Of a stretch of DNA of 64,000 bases, positions 19,259 through 28,095 are shown one piece after another. The position numbers and the translations under genes were made by a program. Below the pieces are notes generated by a model. It ran no database searches and had not been told where the DNA came from. It worked only from the letters and a program-made list of their open reading frames with translations. Position 1 is the first letter of the stretch. Each line of letters opens with the position of its first letter. Origin of the DNA: Bacteroidales bacterium OttesenSCG-928-B11 (lineage in GTDB: Bacteria > Bacteroidota > Bacteroidia > Bacteroidales > WCHB1-69); NCBI GenBank assembly GCA_030267125.1, contig JAJDJJ010000001.1, forward strand, positions 6,249-70,248. Direction: 5' to 3'.

Positions 19259-20989
19259 TTAGGCCTCTCGATTGATGTAAATTTTGATTTCACAGAACGA
19301 GATAGAGCGAAGGTTGATCATTCTCGCTAATGATTTTTCGATATTATTTGCCTCGCGCTCATCAAATTCATGATCAATCTGGATGCGAACGATGAGCGTG
19401 CCGGGCTTCGCTTTCTTATCTAATTCTATATCTATATCCTTGATATATTTCTCTTTAATAAAAAATCTGGACTGCAATTCTCGCAAGCAAAAATATTTAA
19501 TATCAGCCTTAGAGTAGATTCGATCCTTGCTTAGCAGATGACTTTGCGCTAATGATTTCTTCACCTCTTTGTTAATTTCTTCATCTTTTCCTCCAAAAGT
19601 GGGTTGAATTAAACGGGCACCTTTTTTGTCAAAGCGGAGTGGGACAGAAATCGATTCGGGGTTAGAAATGGCGTTGGCATCTTTCCCATCTGTCACTAAA
19701 TAGTCTACACTGATTCGTTTTTTTTGCTGTGGAAGTGCTTTAAGAAGGAGATAATAGCCATATTGTGGTTTCTCGGTTTTCACTGCGATTTCCATGAAAT
19801 CTTTAAGCACAAAATTGAGCCGGCTCATGATCTCTCCATCACTGAGTTCATCAATTTCATAGAAAGCGTAATAATCTGTAATATATCTGTTTAAGATGGA
19901 ATGGAGCTGTAATAGGAACTCATTTTTATTATATCGCTCTGTGCCGAAACGGCGAAGGATATAATCTCCGGGATTATGTTTTTCATCATTCGATGTTAAT
20001 AAACCTAAAAATTGCTTATGAACATTCAGATCGGGATGACGATCTTTTTCGAATTTGGTCTCCACTGCGATTTTCTCAATCGGATGTTCCTGCGACAGAT
20101 TGCACGTCGCTTTTTCAACATTAACCACAGGCACGCAATTGAAAAGTATATCGCGGACAGAAAGGTGCGGATCTGAATCGGATGAGATTTTGAAAATCAA
20201 GTTCAATGAACCGGAGCTATTTAAGCGCGGATAATCCTCCTGCTCGTATTGATCGATATAAAACAGCGAGAGATTTTTACTGGCCAAGATGTCATTCCAG
20301 AACTCGTATCCGCCATATAATAGAGCTTTTCCACTAAAACGATGGTCGTATTGGAACCACGAAGTGAAAGGCAGCTTATAGTAATCATCACTGCCGTTTA
20401 TCGGAAAGGAGTGGTCTTTATATTTGATTTCCAAACTGTTAATATCATGATTTGGGAAATAGACCGAAAGGCCGGATAGATTTTGCAATGATGAGGGGAT
20501 TTCAAGCTCAACTTGCCAGTGATCCTCATCGGTTTGGGTTACATTTTTCACCGAAACAGCTTCAACCTTAGTCTTTAGTAGTGGAACGAAGTTATATCTT
20601 TCGATACGCATATCATTCCCTTTTCCTTTTTTATTTTCGATGACAAACGCGGTCTCCTCATCCGCCCAGCACTCATCATCCCATTGATTATTTCGTTCAA
20701 CCTGTAGCATCCCAAAGGCGGGGAAGGGTTTGATCATCTCAATCGGTAAAAACTGATCCAGAAAGTCGTCTAAGAAATTTTCGCGTATTTTTTGAATATC
20801 ATCTTGCAGTATATTCGATTGATGCGCCATTGCGGTCATCAATAATTTTACAACAGGATCTTTATCAATCTCATAGAAATCACTGAAGTTGTCTTCAATA
20901 TCAATATGCTCATTCCGTGCCCAAATTTCGATCGCTTTGTGTAAAAGCTCATCAACATTTTTTTCTGAAAAATTCCTCTGTTTTTCCAT
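19259..20989 (-). CDS. tssF: T6SS baseplate subunit TssF-like (gp6-like)
   Basis: At 576 aa the size fits TssF. The N-terminal segment DKDPVVKLLMTAMAHQSNILQDDIQKIRENFLDDFLDQFLPIEMIKPFPAFGMLQV parallels the conserved TssF DPdVErLlEgfAfL...P.y..P.Ps region. It lies directly downstream of tssE. Confidence 0.65.
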   Translation of the reverse strand: MEKQRNFSEKNVDELLHKAIEIWARNEHIDIEDNFSDFYEIDKDPVVKLLMTAMAHQSNILQDDIQKIRENFLDDFLDQFLPIEMIKPFPAFGMLQVERNNQWDDECWADEETAFVIENKKGKGNDMRIERYNFVPLLKTKVEAVSVKNVTQTDEDHWQVELEIPSSLQNLSGLSVYFPNHDINSLEIKYKDHSFPINGSDDYYKLPFTSWFQYDHRFSGKALLYGGYEFWNDILASKNLSLFYIDQYEQEDYPRLNSSGSLNLIFKISSDSDPHLSVRDILFNCVPVVNVEKATCNLSQEHPIEKIAVETKFEKDRHPDLNVHKQFLGLLTSNDEKHNPGDYILRRFGTERYNKNEFLLQLHSILNRYITDYYAFYEIDELSDGEIMSRLNFVLKDFMEIAVKTEKPQYGYYLLLKALPQQKKRISVDYLVTDGKDANAISNPESISVPLRFDKKGARLIQPTFGGKDEEINKEVKKSLAQSHLLSKDRIYSKADIKYFCLRELQSRFFIKEKYIKDIDIELDKKAKPGTLIVRIQIDHEFDEREANNIEKSLARMINLRSISFCEIKIYINREA

Positions 20990-21004
20990 AGTTTTATACG
21001 ATTA

Positions 21005-21451
21005 TTACCAAACCTGAAAAATGATTTCATGTTTATAATCCGTTGATTTATCAGTATTTAATTCTGCGGTAACGGATACGGTAATGATTTTTCCTAATTG
21101 TTCATATTTCATTTTCACCTCCACATTTTTGAGGCGGGTCTCGTAGCGTTCAATATTTTTCTTCAGGTCGTATGCAAAAGTGTTATGATTTTTTGCTGAT
21201 CCGGAGATCTTTTTTTCATATTTAACCTCTTTATTCTGTCTGTTTTTCTCCGGTAATTTCAGCGTCCCTTTCTGTTCATCAAAAATCTCAAACTGAAAGT
21301 TTTTGAAGATAAATCCGAAATTCTTATCGGGGATAAAACTGCCCATCTGTGTCTCAACAATGAGTTCTATAAATTGATTGATAGAGCTAATTCTATCTTC
21401 ATCACGTTGAATTTCACCTTTTTGTATAGAAAATGGTATTTTAATATTCAT
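21005..21451 (-). CDS. tssE: T6SS baseplate wedge protein TssE (GPW/gp25-like)
   Basis: Has the gp25 signature pattern: SINQFIELIVETQMGSFIPDKNFGF near the N-terminus, and IERYETRLKNVEVKMKYE...ITVSVTAEL. Confidence 0.75.
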   Translation of the reverse strand: MNIKIPFSIQKGEIQRDEDRISSINQFIELIVETQMGSFIPDKNFGFIFKNFQFEIFDEQKGTLKLPEKNRQNKEVKYEKKISGSAKNHNTFAYDLKKNIERYETRLKNVEVKMKYEQLGKIITVSVTAELNTDKSTDYKHEIIFQVW

Positions 21452-21460
21452 TGTTGCGAA

Positions 21461-22330
21461 TTATAAAATGAAAGCATCCTCTTCGGGTTCGGGTTCCGGT
21501 TCGGGTTCCGGTTGCGCACTGATAATATTGTCAAATAGTTGGAATAGTTGCTCTGCCTCTTCCATTGTCTGTTTGATCTCCGAATGATCATATTTCTCTG
21601 CCATAAAATGTTCCGGATTCCAACCCTCCAAGGGACAATAGGAACTCAATGTTCGCAATATCTTTTTAAGTAAAAGAACATATTCGGCGGGTGTTTCATT
21701 TGTTGAATAAGATTCAATATCAAGCAAGTAAATGGATAGAAGATAAGACAGGAATCCACAATCCGGCCAAGTGGCTATACGATCGGAAATCTGGATAAAC
21801 AGTTTCTTAATATCCGAAAAATGCTGAATCAAAGCACGATGCGAACTCAAGGCTATCACCGGCGGAATGTAGTCAAAAGAGCTCCAACCCTGACCATCTT
21901 TTTTCAATTTGAGCAGAGGGATTATTTCCCCATTGGAAAGATCAATCCATCGTTTTAAATGGAAACTGTAATTGACCTTCATACAGGGAATAGTATCTAC
22001 CATTGCCTGAAGATAACCATCAATTTGTACTACTAAATAGTAGATTCCCTGTTCCGATTCGGACAGTGGGATATCGAAAGATTCATTGATTCGGAATAGT
22101 TTGCCGCTTTTGGATATCGCTTCACACTGCAAAGATTCCACTTCCAAGATATTCCCCTTTAACCGACTGATAATCTCATACTTCGTTTGAGGTAAAAGTC
22201 CATAAGAGGTGAGTGTTGCTAATTTTTGGTGTATCTGGTGACGCGAAAAATTATATTGATCCGCATGAATCAATGTCTCCGCGTTTATGTCCATTCCAAG
22301 TTGCCAATCAATTTTATTAAAGACTTTCAT
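21461..22330 (-). CDS. tssK: TssK-like baseplate protein (short form) with C-terminal (PE)5 tail
   Basis: The N-terminus NKIDWQLGMDINAETLIHADQYNFSRH resembles the conserved TssK start (v.W.eGm.l....l.q.d.y). It sits between baseplate genes. Confidence 0.5.
   Translation of the reverse strand: MKVFNKIDWQLGMDINAETLIHADQYNFSRHQIHQKLATLTSYGLLPQTKYEIISRLKGNILEVESLQCEAISKSGKLFRINESFDIPLSESEQGIYYLVVQIDGYLQAMVDTIPCMKVNYSFHLKRWIDLSNGEIIPLLKLKKDGQGWSSFDYIPPVIALSSHRALIQHFSDIKKLFIQISDRIATWPDCGFLSYLLSIYLLDIESYSTNETPAEYVLLLKKILRTLSSYCPLEGWNPEHFMAEKYDHSEIKQTMEEAEQLFQLFDNIISAQPEPEPEPEPEEDAFIL
21482..21511 (-). repeat. Five 6-nt repeats encoding (Pro-Glu)5
   Basis: ttcggg/ttccgg x5 on the plus strand. This corresponds to PEPEPEPEPE near the C-terminus of the TssK-like protein. 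Confidence 0.9.
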
Positions 22331-22334
22331 ATCT

Positions 22335-23114
22335 TTAGATTTGGGTATTATAGTCTAAGATCAGATTTTCACCTAATCTGAAGACTTGATTTTTATCTTT
22401 TATCTGATAGTCATAATTCATGTCGAAAGGGAGGAAATATTCACTGAAAAAGGCGAAAAATTCTCCCAGCAAGGTCATCCGTTCTTTGTATTTTTCAGTG
22501 GTAAGCTGTGGAATATGAATGATAAATTGCACCGTGATGAGTGCGGATTTTTCCACAAACAGGATCTCCACTTTTCGTTTAAAAAGAACTTCCAACAGCT
22601 TTTGTATCTTGTCAAAATCTCCGCGAATTTCAGAGGCTTTCAATACGAAGGGAGCTATTTGTCTGATCAGCGGATTTTTCTCTTTCTCAAGGTCAATTCC
22701 AAAATAGAATTGAATCAATTTTTCATCAATATTCTCTGAGCAATCATTAATACACTCTTCCAACAGTAAATTGTTTTCGAAGAGTATGGTATCAAAGGGT
22801 CTGAAAAAAGCTTGCAAAGCTCTCTTCTCTTTTTTAATTCTTTTAAGCTCTTTATGGTAGGCTTCTTCCCTTAAATGGAGCAAAGAACTCTCTTTAAAAA
22901 AAAGAGCTTCAGGGAGATGCCGCATTAAACCATCCCGTGAAAGTTTGACATTCAGAATATTTTTATACTCATCCATTTCAATGATCTCTTCGCTGGTATT
23001 GCGATTAAAGTGACCTGTTGCGGTGATATCGCAATAGGGGCGATTTTCGATCAGAGAAAGGAAGGTCTCTGCTTTGATATCTCCAATAGGAATCTGTTTG
23101 TCGTGGTATTTCAT
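22335..23114 (-). CDS. Hypothetical baseplate-block protein (TssG candidate by position only)
   Basis: A 259-aa cytoplasmic-looking protein. Its start overlaps the E1 stop by 4 nt, and it ends 4 nt before the tssK-like start. I could not read a diagnostic motif. Confidence 0.35.
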   Translation of the reverse strand: MKYHDKQIPIGDIKAETFLSLIENRPYCDITATGHFNRNTSEEIIEMDEYKNILNVKLSRDGLMRHLPEALFFKESSLLHLREEAYHKELKRIKKEKRALQAFFRPFDTILFENNLLLEECINDCSENIDEKLIQFYFGIDLEKEKNPLIRQIAPFVLKASEIRGDFDKIQKLLEVLFKRKVEILFVEKSALITVQFIIHIPQLTTEKYKERMTLLGEFFAFFSEYFLPFDMNYDYQIKDKNQVFRLGENLILDYNTQI

Positions 23115-24325
23115 TCGTTTTTGAAATGGATGTTTTCGTCGGCAGATAGTTCAATATAAAGAGTTTCGGAATCGGTGCTGACTTGCAGAATATCATAATC
23201 AGGGATTCCGATTTGTCGCAGTGTCAACTCCGGGTAAGGAAACTCGAAATCTATATTTTCGTATGCCTTTTGGTAAAGATCGCCGGGCAATCTTCTGAAA
23301 AGCTCATAATTAGATTCGATGTAATGGGGTATTTTACTTTCGGGCAGCATCGGTTCGAAACGCAAATTGTCGGAGCGGGTAACAATTTTATCTACAAATT
23401 TATCATTTCTCAGATTGATGGTCACATCGCTACTTCCGGTTTTTTGTTGCACCATATCAAGCAGTTCGCGAATTGTGGTATCAGCACTCAGCTCCGGGTA
23501 AGAGATAATATCCTGCCAATATTCGTGAGAGGCACAATCTTCGTCATACACATCTCCTTTATAGATTTTCATTCCCAAGTGCATTCCTTCATAGTGGAAC
23601 CAACTTTTGCAGAGCGAGGTAAAAGCGCCTGCTGCAAGTTGTTCTTTATGAATAAGTTTCATTGCTTCCTGCACTTGAACAGCTCCGATGATAGAGGCGA
23701 TAACCGGTGTTGTAGGCACACGGCCGGCGTTCATATTCCGGCGGGCAATGCCGGCACACGAGAGGCGTTGGAAGAGGTGGTTGCGCGCATTTTCTGAAAG
23801 TTCACACTCGAAACAGTTCTCTCCGGGAACAAATACTTTCACTTTACCTTCCAGATTCTCAATAGCGCCATCTACCCAAGGAACATTGGCTCTCATACAA
23901 ATACGATTGAGTTGAAGACGTGCCAAACGACTATCCAAACAAGAAATCACAACATCCATCTTTTTATATATTCCCAATCCGACATCCGTTGCAAGGTTTC
24001 CGCAAATATAGTTTACATTTACATTAGGGTTGATTTCGCGCACACGCTCGGCAGCAATAGCCGCTTTGTACAAACCCCGATCACAATCACTCTCTCTGAA
24101 TAAAATAGAACGAGTGAGATTGCTATACTCAATTGTGTCGAAATCAACAATAAAGATGGAACCGACCCCGAAAAGAGCCAGATTTTTAAGCACTTCGTTT
24201 CCTAATGCCCCAGCTCCTACAACCATCACAGAGGCATTTTTCACCTTATCCATTTCAAACCATGAGAGTAGCGTGTAAACCTCTTTTCCCCACTCTTTTT
24301 GAGGTGTTTGATCATTTGTATTCAT
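23111..24325 (-). CDS. ThiF/MoeB/UBA-family E1-like adenylyltransferase
   Basis: Has a Rossmann P-loop (VVGAGALGNEVLKNLALFGVG), an Arg-finger block (DFDTIEYSNLTRSILF), CLDSRLAR and a CxxC (CFEC). A conserved Cys-containing crossover segment is present (RLSCAGIARR...TTPVIASIIGAVQVQEAMKLI). A C-terminal extension of about 160 aa follows. Confidence 0.85.
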   Translation of the reverse strand: MNTNDQTPQKEWGKEVYTLLSWFEMDKVKNASVMVVGAGALGNEVLKNLALFGVGSIFIVDFDTIEYSNLTRSILFRESDCDRGLYKAAIAAERVREINPNVNVNYICGNLATDVGLGIYKKMDVVISCLDSRLARLQLNRICMRANVPWVDGAIENLEGKVKVFVPGENCFECELSENARNHLFQRLSCAGIARRNMNAGRVPTTPVIASIIGAVQVQEAMKLIHKEQLAAGAFTSLCKSWFHYEGMHLGMKIYKGDVYDEDCASHEYWQDIISYPELSADTTIRELLDMVQQKTGSSDVTINLRNDKFVDKIVTRSDNLRFEPMLPESKIPHYIESNYELFRRLPGDLYQKAYENIDFEFPYPELTLRQIGIPDYDILQVSTDSETLYIELSADENIHFKNE

Positions 24326-24340
24326 ATAATCCCTTCTATC

Positions 24341-25570
24341 TTAATTAAATAAATAGTGTAAGCCTAATTCAAAACCAATATTCAGAAAACGTGTATTATC
24401 TGCTTCGATAAGATTACATCTATTGCGGATATAAAGAGGATCCGTGCCGGACACTTCTCCTTTTGATAGTTTAGTAAATGTATAAGAGCAATTTACCCCC
24501 AATTTAAGCACAATCGGCAGATATTTCTTCATCGTCTGATTATAAAATGGGATATAAACTCCACCGGAAGCAAAACCGGAGAAGAGAAATTTATTCAGGT
24601 CATTATCCGTTATTTCGCGATTAATATCATACTGCCCATTTTCGATCTCCCGGATGTCGCCTAAATTTTCCCCCAATATCTGAACATGATAGCTCTTCTG
24701 ATCATAAAACTTAGAAGCGAGCTTGAAAGAGGCGACAACCCCAATCTTCCCCCAACCGCTCACTTTCATTTTCCGTGGGCAACCGATCGCGATTCCGATA
24801 GGAATATCTAAATAGAGAAGTGATAGTTTCTCATTGGCAAAATGGAAGTTATACTTACGATCATATTCTGTGCCGTCAATAGTTACATCATTTTTATAGA
24901 TAAATTCTTCGTTTAGCATATTTTGCTTGAAGACGTACCGACTAATGCCCACGCCGGCACTAAGGGTGATGGGTGTGATGGGATTGATTTGCGGCGATTC
25001 ATACATAATCTGGTAGGATTGAGAGAGAGTGGCTTCACTATTCCAAAAGGGAATTTTCGAGATATGACCAAAAAGCATGGGAGAACCCATATTGATATTA
25101 AAGAAGATTGATCCGCCGTAATGCTCTCTTTCACTGAGAGGCGCGCGTGCGGCGGGGCGATTTTTTTCTGATAGCAACGAATCTATTTGGCTGATAAGTG
25201 TCTGATTCTTTTTGCGTAGCTCTTCAATCTCTTTATCTAATTGCTCTACCTGTCCGGTCAGAAAATCAATAACAATTTGCTCTTCGGAGGTGAACAACGA
25301 ATCTTTTGGCGCATCGTTTTTCGACATTCCCGCACCCTCTTTGAGGCGGTTTAGTTCGAGTTGCAACCGATCGCGACTGCTTTTTAATTTCGCAATCTCT
25401 TTGTTGAGGTCATCCACTAATTCGTATTCAACGCTAACGAAATCTGCAGGCTGTCCACTGTAATACTCGATTTTTATCTCTTTCCCTTTATATTTCCCAC
25501 GTACCTTGTTTTGCCCGTAAGTAGTTAAAACAAAAATAGATAGTAGAATAAGCAATACCCATTTTTTCAT
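24341..25570 (-). CDS. Secreted coiled-coil protein with C-terminal outer-membrane beta-barrel-like domain
   Basis: Has a signal peptide (LSIFVLTTYGQ) and heptad-rich residues about 55-135 (LKSSRDRLQLELNRLKE..., VEQLDKEIEELRKKNQTLISQIDSL). The C-terminal half shows an alternating beta pattern and ends ...GLHYLFN. Confidence 0.5.
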   Translation of the reverse strand: MKKWVLLILLSIFVLTTYGQNKVRGKYKGKEIKIEYYSGQPADFVSVEYELVDDLNKEIAKLKSSRDRLQLELNRLKEGAGMSKNDAPKDSLFTSEEQIVIDFLTGQVEQLDKEIEELRKKNQTLISQIDSLLSEKNRPAARAPLSEREHYGGSIFFNINMGSPMLFGHISKIPFWNSEATLSQSYQIMYESPQINPITPITLSAGVGISRYVFKQNMLNEEFIYKNDVTIDGTEYDRKYNFHFANEKLSLLYLDIPIGIAIGCPRKMKVSGWGKIGVVASFKLASKFYDQKSYHVQILGENLGDIREIENGQYDINREITDNDLNKFLFSGFASGGVYIPFYNQTMKKYLPIVLKLGVNCSYTFTKLSKGEVSGTDPLYIRNRCNLIEADNTRFLNIGFELGLHYLFN

Positions 25571-25583
25571 ACGTTTATTGTTT

Positions 25584-27986
25584 TTATTTATCTTTTTCGA
25601 TGTAGGTGAATGTGGTTTTCCCGATAGTAAAAGCGATGCCGTGAGCCAGATTCAGTTTCTGTCCGACTTTCAGTTCCCTATTTCCATTTACGACAATACC
25701 TTCAGCGGTAGCTTCCAAGTAGGGTCGTTCATTTTCGATGTAAAGGATGGCATGTTGGGGGGCAATATTATCTGCCGGATCCCAATTCATTTCAAGAATA
25801 CAATCCACTCCTTTTCCGATACTTACACGGTTAAAGCCTCCGGATACACTCATCCATTTATAGATTGCGATTTCGCGTTCTTTGATCGGTCCTTCCAGGC
25901 GCAAGAAATATTTTTCGGATGCGAAATGGACGATAGAGATAGCCATTCCCAGTCCCGCGCCATAGATCATAAAGCTGAACATGGCCATAATCTCTTGTGC
26001 GAAATTGGCGAAATATAAGACAATAAAACTGAGAAAAACGGAGATTAGCCCACCGATAATAGCATTTTTCAGGTTTATTTCCGTGCGGTAAGAGATCAGC
26101 CAGGCAATGCTACATCCGAAGAATAACCATGGAATCCAGTCAAGCCAAAAACAAGAGGTGTCTTTTCCAACCAAGATGAAGATAATTCCACCAATGAGAA
26201 ACGAAAGGAATCCGATCAGCAAGCCGGCCAATGAACGGAGCGCGATCATCGCGACTACTTTGAGATCTTTTTTCTTAAATTCGATGAGATAAGAGAAGAG
26301 GAAGGAGAGGAAAAATCCTAACAACGCTCCACTCAATAACAAAGATGATATTTTGGATTGGAAATGTGCTGCAATGGAAGAGCCTTCTAATAGCTCTTTT
26401 GAAAGATAAAATACAGATACCAAGCCACTTATCAAACCGGAGAACATCTGATCGGAATAGATTATTTTGAAGAACACCCAAGTTAACATGCCGCCGATTA
26501 AGCCATAGAACATCCATCGCAAATAGTAGGGGGCGTTTCTGATATCCGATTTCTGCTCTTTATTATAGTAGTGTTTTCCTGTATTGCAATTCTTGCTGCC
26601 ATATTCGGGACACCGGTTTTTATTCTCCTCCCAGCACTCCCAATGTACGGTATGTTTGCATTTTGTGACGATCTGATCGCCGGTATTAAACTCCTCTTTG
26701 CAATGATAGCAGCGTTGACTGATCATGGCATCTCCGCTGGCCGAACTTTTCCGGAAAAGGGTTACATGTTTCTTCAGGAAAATCTGGTATTGAATGTAGG
26801 GAATCAGGAATTGGAAAAGGAAATAGATACATAGCACGAAAAGGGTTCCGAAGAGCAGGCCTTTGAAGATGATCCCGCCATTAGAGCCATTTTTTGCAGA
26901 AACAACCTCGGGGGCAAGCGGGCTGCCTTTAGAGTAGCTGTGCGATCCTTGTGCTAACGTTCCATCATGAAACATACTTAACCGGAGAGTTAACTCTTGA
27001 CCATCATATACTTTCCCGTTCGGATTGCTCATGATGATGCGGTAATCGGCTGCGATTGAGTCTAATGTGCCTACCATCAGATTCTCGAAGGCATCTATCT
27101 GGAAATTTTGGTGAAATGTGCCCTTGCTTTCATGGGACAAGCCGAAATTTGAAATGGTCAGAAGCTCATCTTTTACATCCGTAACGTTATTTTCATCTCC
27201 GAAATAGATGAAATGAATGGGGATGGGTTCCAAATGTTTCTTTTTTATCCGTGATGGGAACTCATTCAGAATTTCATCGCGCAGTGTGAAATAATCTACC
27301 CCGCCGATGAAACTGAAATCATCCATCGTTTTTCCGTTCGTTAAGACGAACATGATCTTCTTATTATTGACATCCTGAAGAATCGGATTGTGAGGAATAT
27401 TGGGGTAATGTGTTGGTTTTTCACCATATAACTCTTCCAATTTGGCAAGGAGCGCTTTGTAAAGAAACTTCTCTCCGGATGATCTCTCCCAGCCTTCCCA
27501 CGTAAAATCGTCAATGGTAACCTGTTTGCTTTCCGTCACCCCGTTATCCATAAATGCAAGAAAGACTTTGCATCCGGGAAATTCTTTGATCAGCGCGCCC
27601 ACAGCTTCTTTCTGCTTATTCAACATGCCGGTGGAGATAGAGGCACTGCGATCGGCAAGAATGAGAATCGAGTAGTTGCTGGGAATCACTTTCTGTCCGC
27701 GAATATCAATAAGAGAGTCTATTTCAGGATTAAATTTCGGACGGGAGCCTGTTTCTGTTACTGTAAAATACTCTGCTCTAAGATTATTCAGATTTATTTT
27801 AGAACCATTATCCATGAATTTTATCTCGGCAGATATGTTTTTCACGTTAGGGGAAAGGCTGAAATTAACAAATTCTATGCTGTAGTTATCTTTCAGATTT
27901 CCTGTAGGGGGAATTTCAGGGGCTTCTTTTTTGCTACAAGCAGTTAAGAACAGGCATAAAAAGAGGAGATAATATATCTTTTTCAT
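25584..27986 (-). CDS. Lipoprotein-anchored vWA / RING-H2-like zinc finger / polytopic TM / FHA multidomain membrane protein (E3 candidate)
   Basis: Lipobox: FLTAC. vWA MIDAS motif: ILILADRSASIS (DxSxS, residues 112-116). TM1 is followed by KKHVTLFRK. Residues 426-467 read C-x2-C-x13-C-x-H-x2-H-x2-C-x7-C-x7-C (CYHCKEEFNTGDQIVTKCKHTVHWECWEENKNRCPEYGSKNC), at nt 26586-26711. About 6-8 further TM helices follow. The C-terminal FHA-like pattern is VSIGKGVDCIL...APQHAILYIE...GIVVNGNRE...L.HG..FTIGKTTFTY (nt 25596-25844). Confidence 0.75.
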   Translation of the reverse strand: MKKIYYLLFLCLFLTACSKKEAPEIPPTGNLKDNYSIEFVNFSLSPNVKNISAEIKFMDNGSKINLNNLRAEYFTVTETGSRPKFNPEIDSLIDIRGQKVIPSNYSILILADRSASISTGMLNKQKEAVGALIKEFPGCKVFLAFMDNGVTESKQVTIDDFTWEGWERSSGEKFLYKALLAKLEELYGEKPTHYPNIPHNPILQDVNNKKIMFVLTNGKTMDDFSFIGGVDYFTLRDEILNEFPSRIKKKHLEPIPIHFIYFGDENNVTDVKDELLTISNFGLSHESKGTFHQNFQIDAFENLMVGTLDSIAADYRIIMSNPNGKVYDGQELTLRLSMFHDGTLAQGSHSYSKGSPLAPEVVSAKNGSNGGIIFKGLLFGTLFVLCIYFLFQFLIPYIQYQIFLKKHVTLFRKSSASGDAMISQRCYHCKEEFNTGDQIVTKCKHTVHWECWEENKNRCPEYGSKNCNTGKHYYNKEQKSDIRNAPYYLRWMFYGLIGGMLTWVFFKIIYSDQMFSGLISGLVSVFYLSKELLEGSSIAAHFQSKISSLLLSGALLGFFLSFLFSYLIEFKKKDLKVVAMIALRSLAGLLIGFLSFLIGGIIFILVGKDTSCFWLDWIPWLFFGCSIAWLISYRTEINLKNAIIGGLISVFLSFIVLYFANFAQEIMAMFSFMIYGAGLGMAISIVHFASEKYFLRLEGPIKEREIAIYKWMSVSGGFNRVSIGKGVDCILEMNWDPADNIAPQHAILYIENERPYLEATAEGIVVNGNRELKVGQKLNLAHGIAFTIGKTTFTYIEKDK

Positions 27987-28095
27987 ACGGTTGTGTTTTT
28001 TATTCTAAGGTCGTATGTAGCTCGCATGAGGATGATAATCATAGCCTTGAGTGATTTTTGGATCATGCGCGGTTCATACGGTTATGTTTTTTTAA

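Noticed and set aside
25596-25844. Whether the FHA domain implies a PpkA/PppA-type threonine-phosphorylation pathway encoded in this locus
   Set aside because: No Ser/Thr kinase or PP2C phosphatase gene is present anywhere in the window, so such a pathway is not claimed. Only the FHA-like domain itself is reported.
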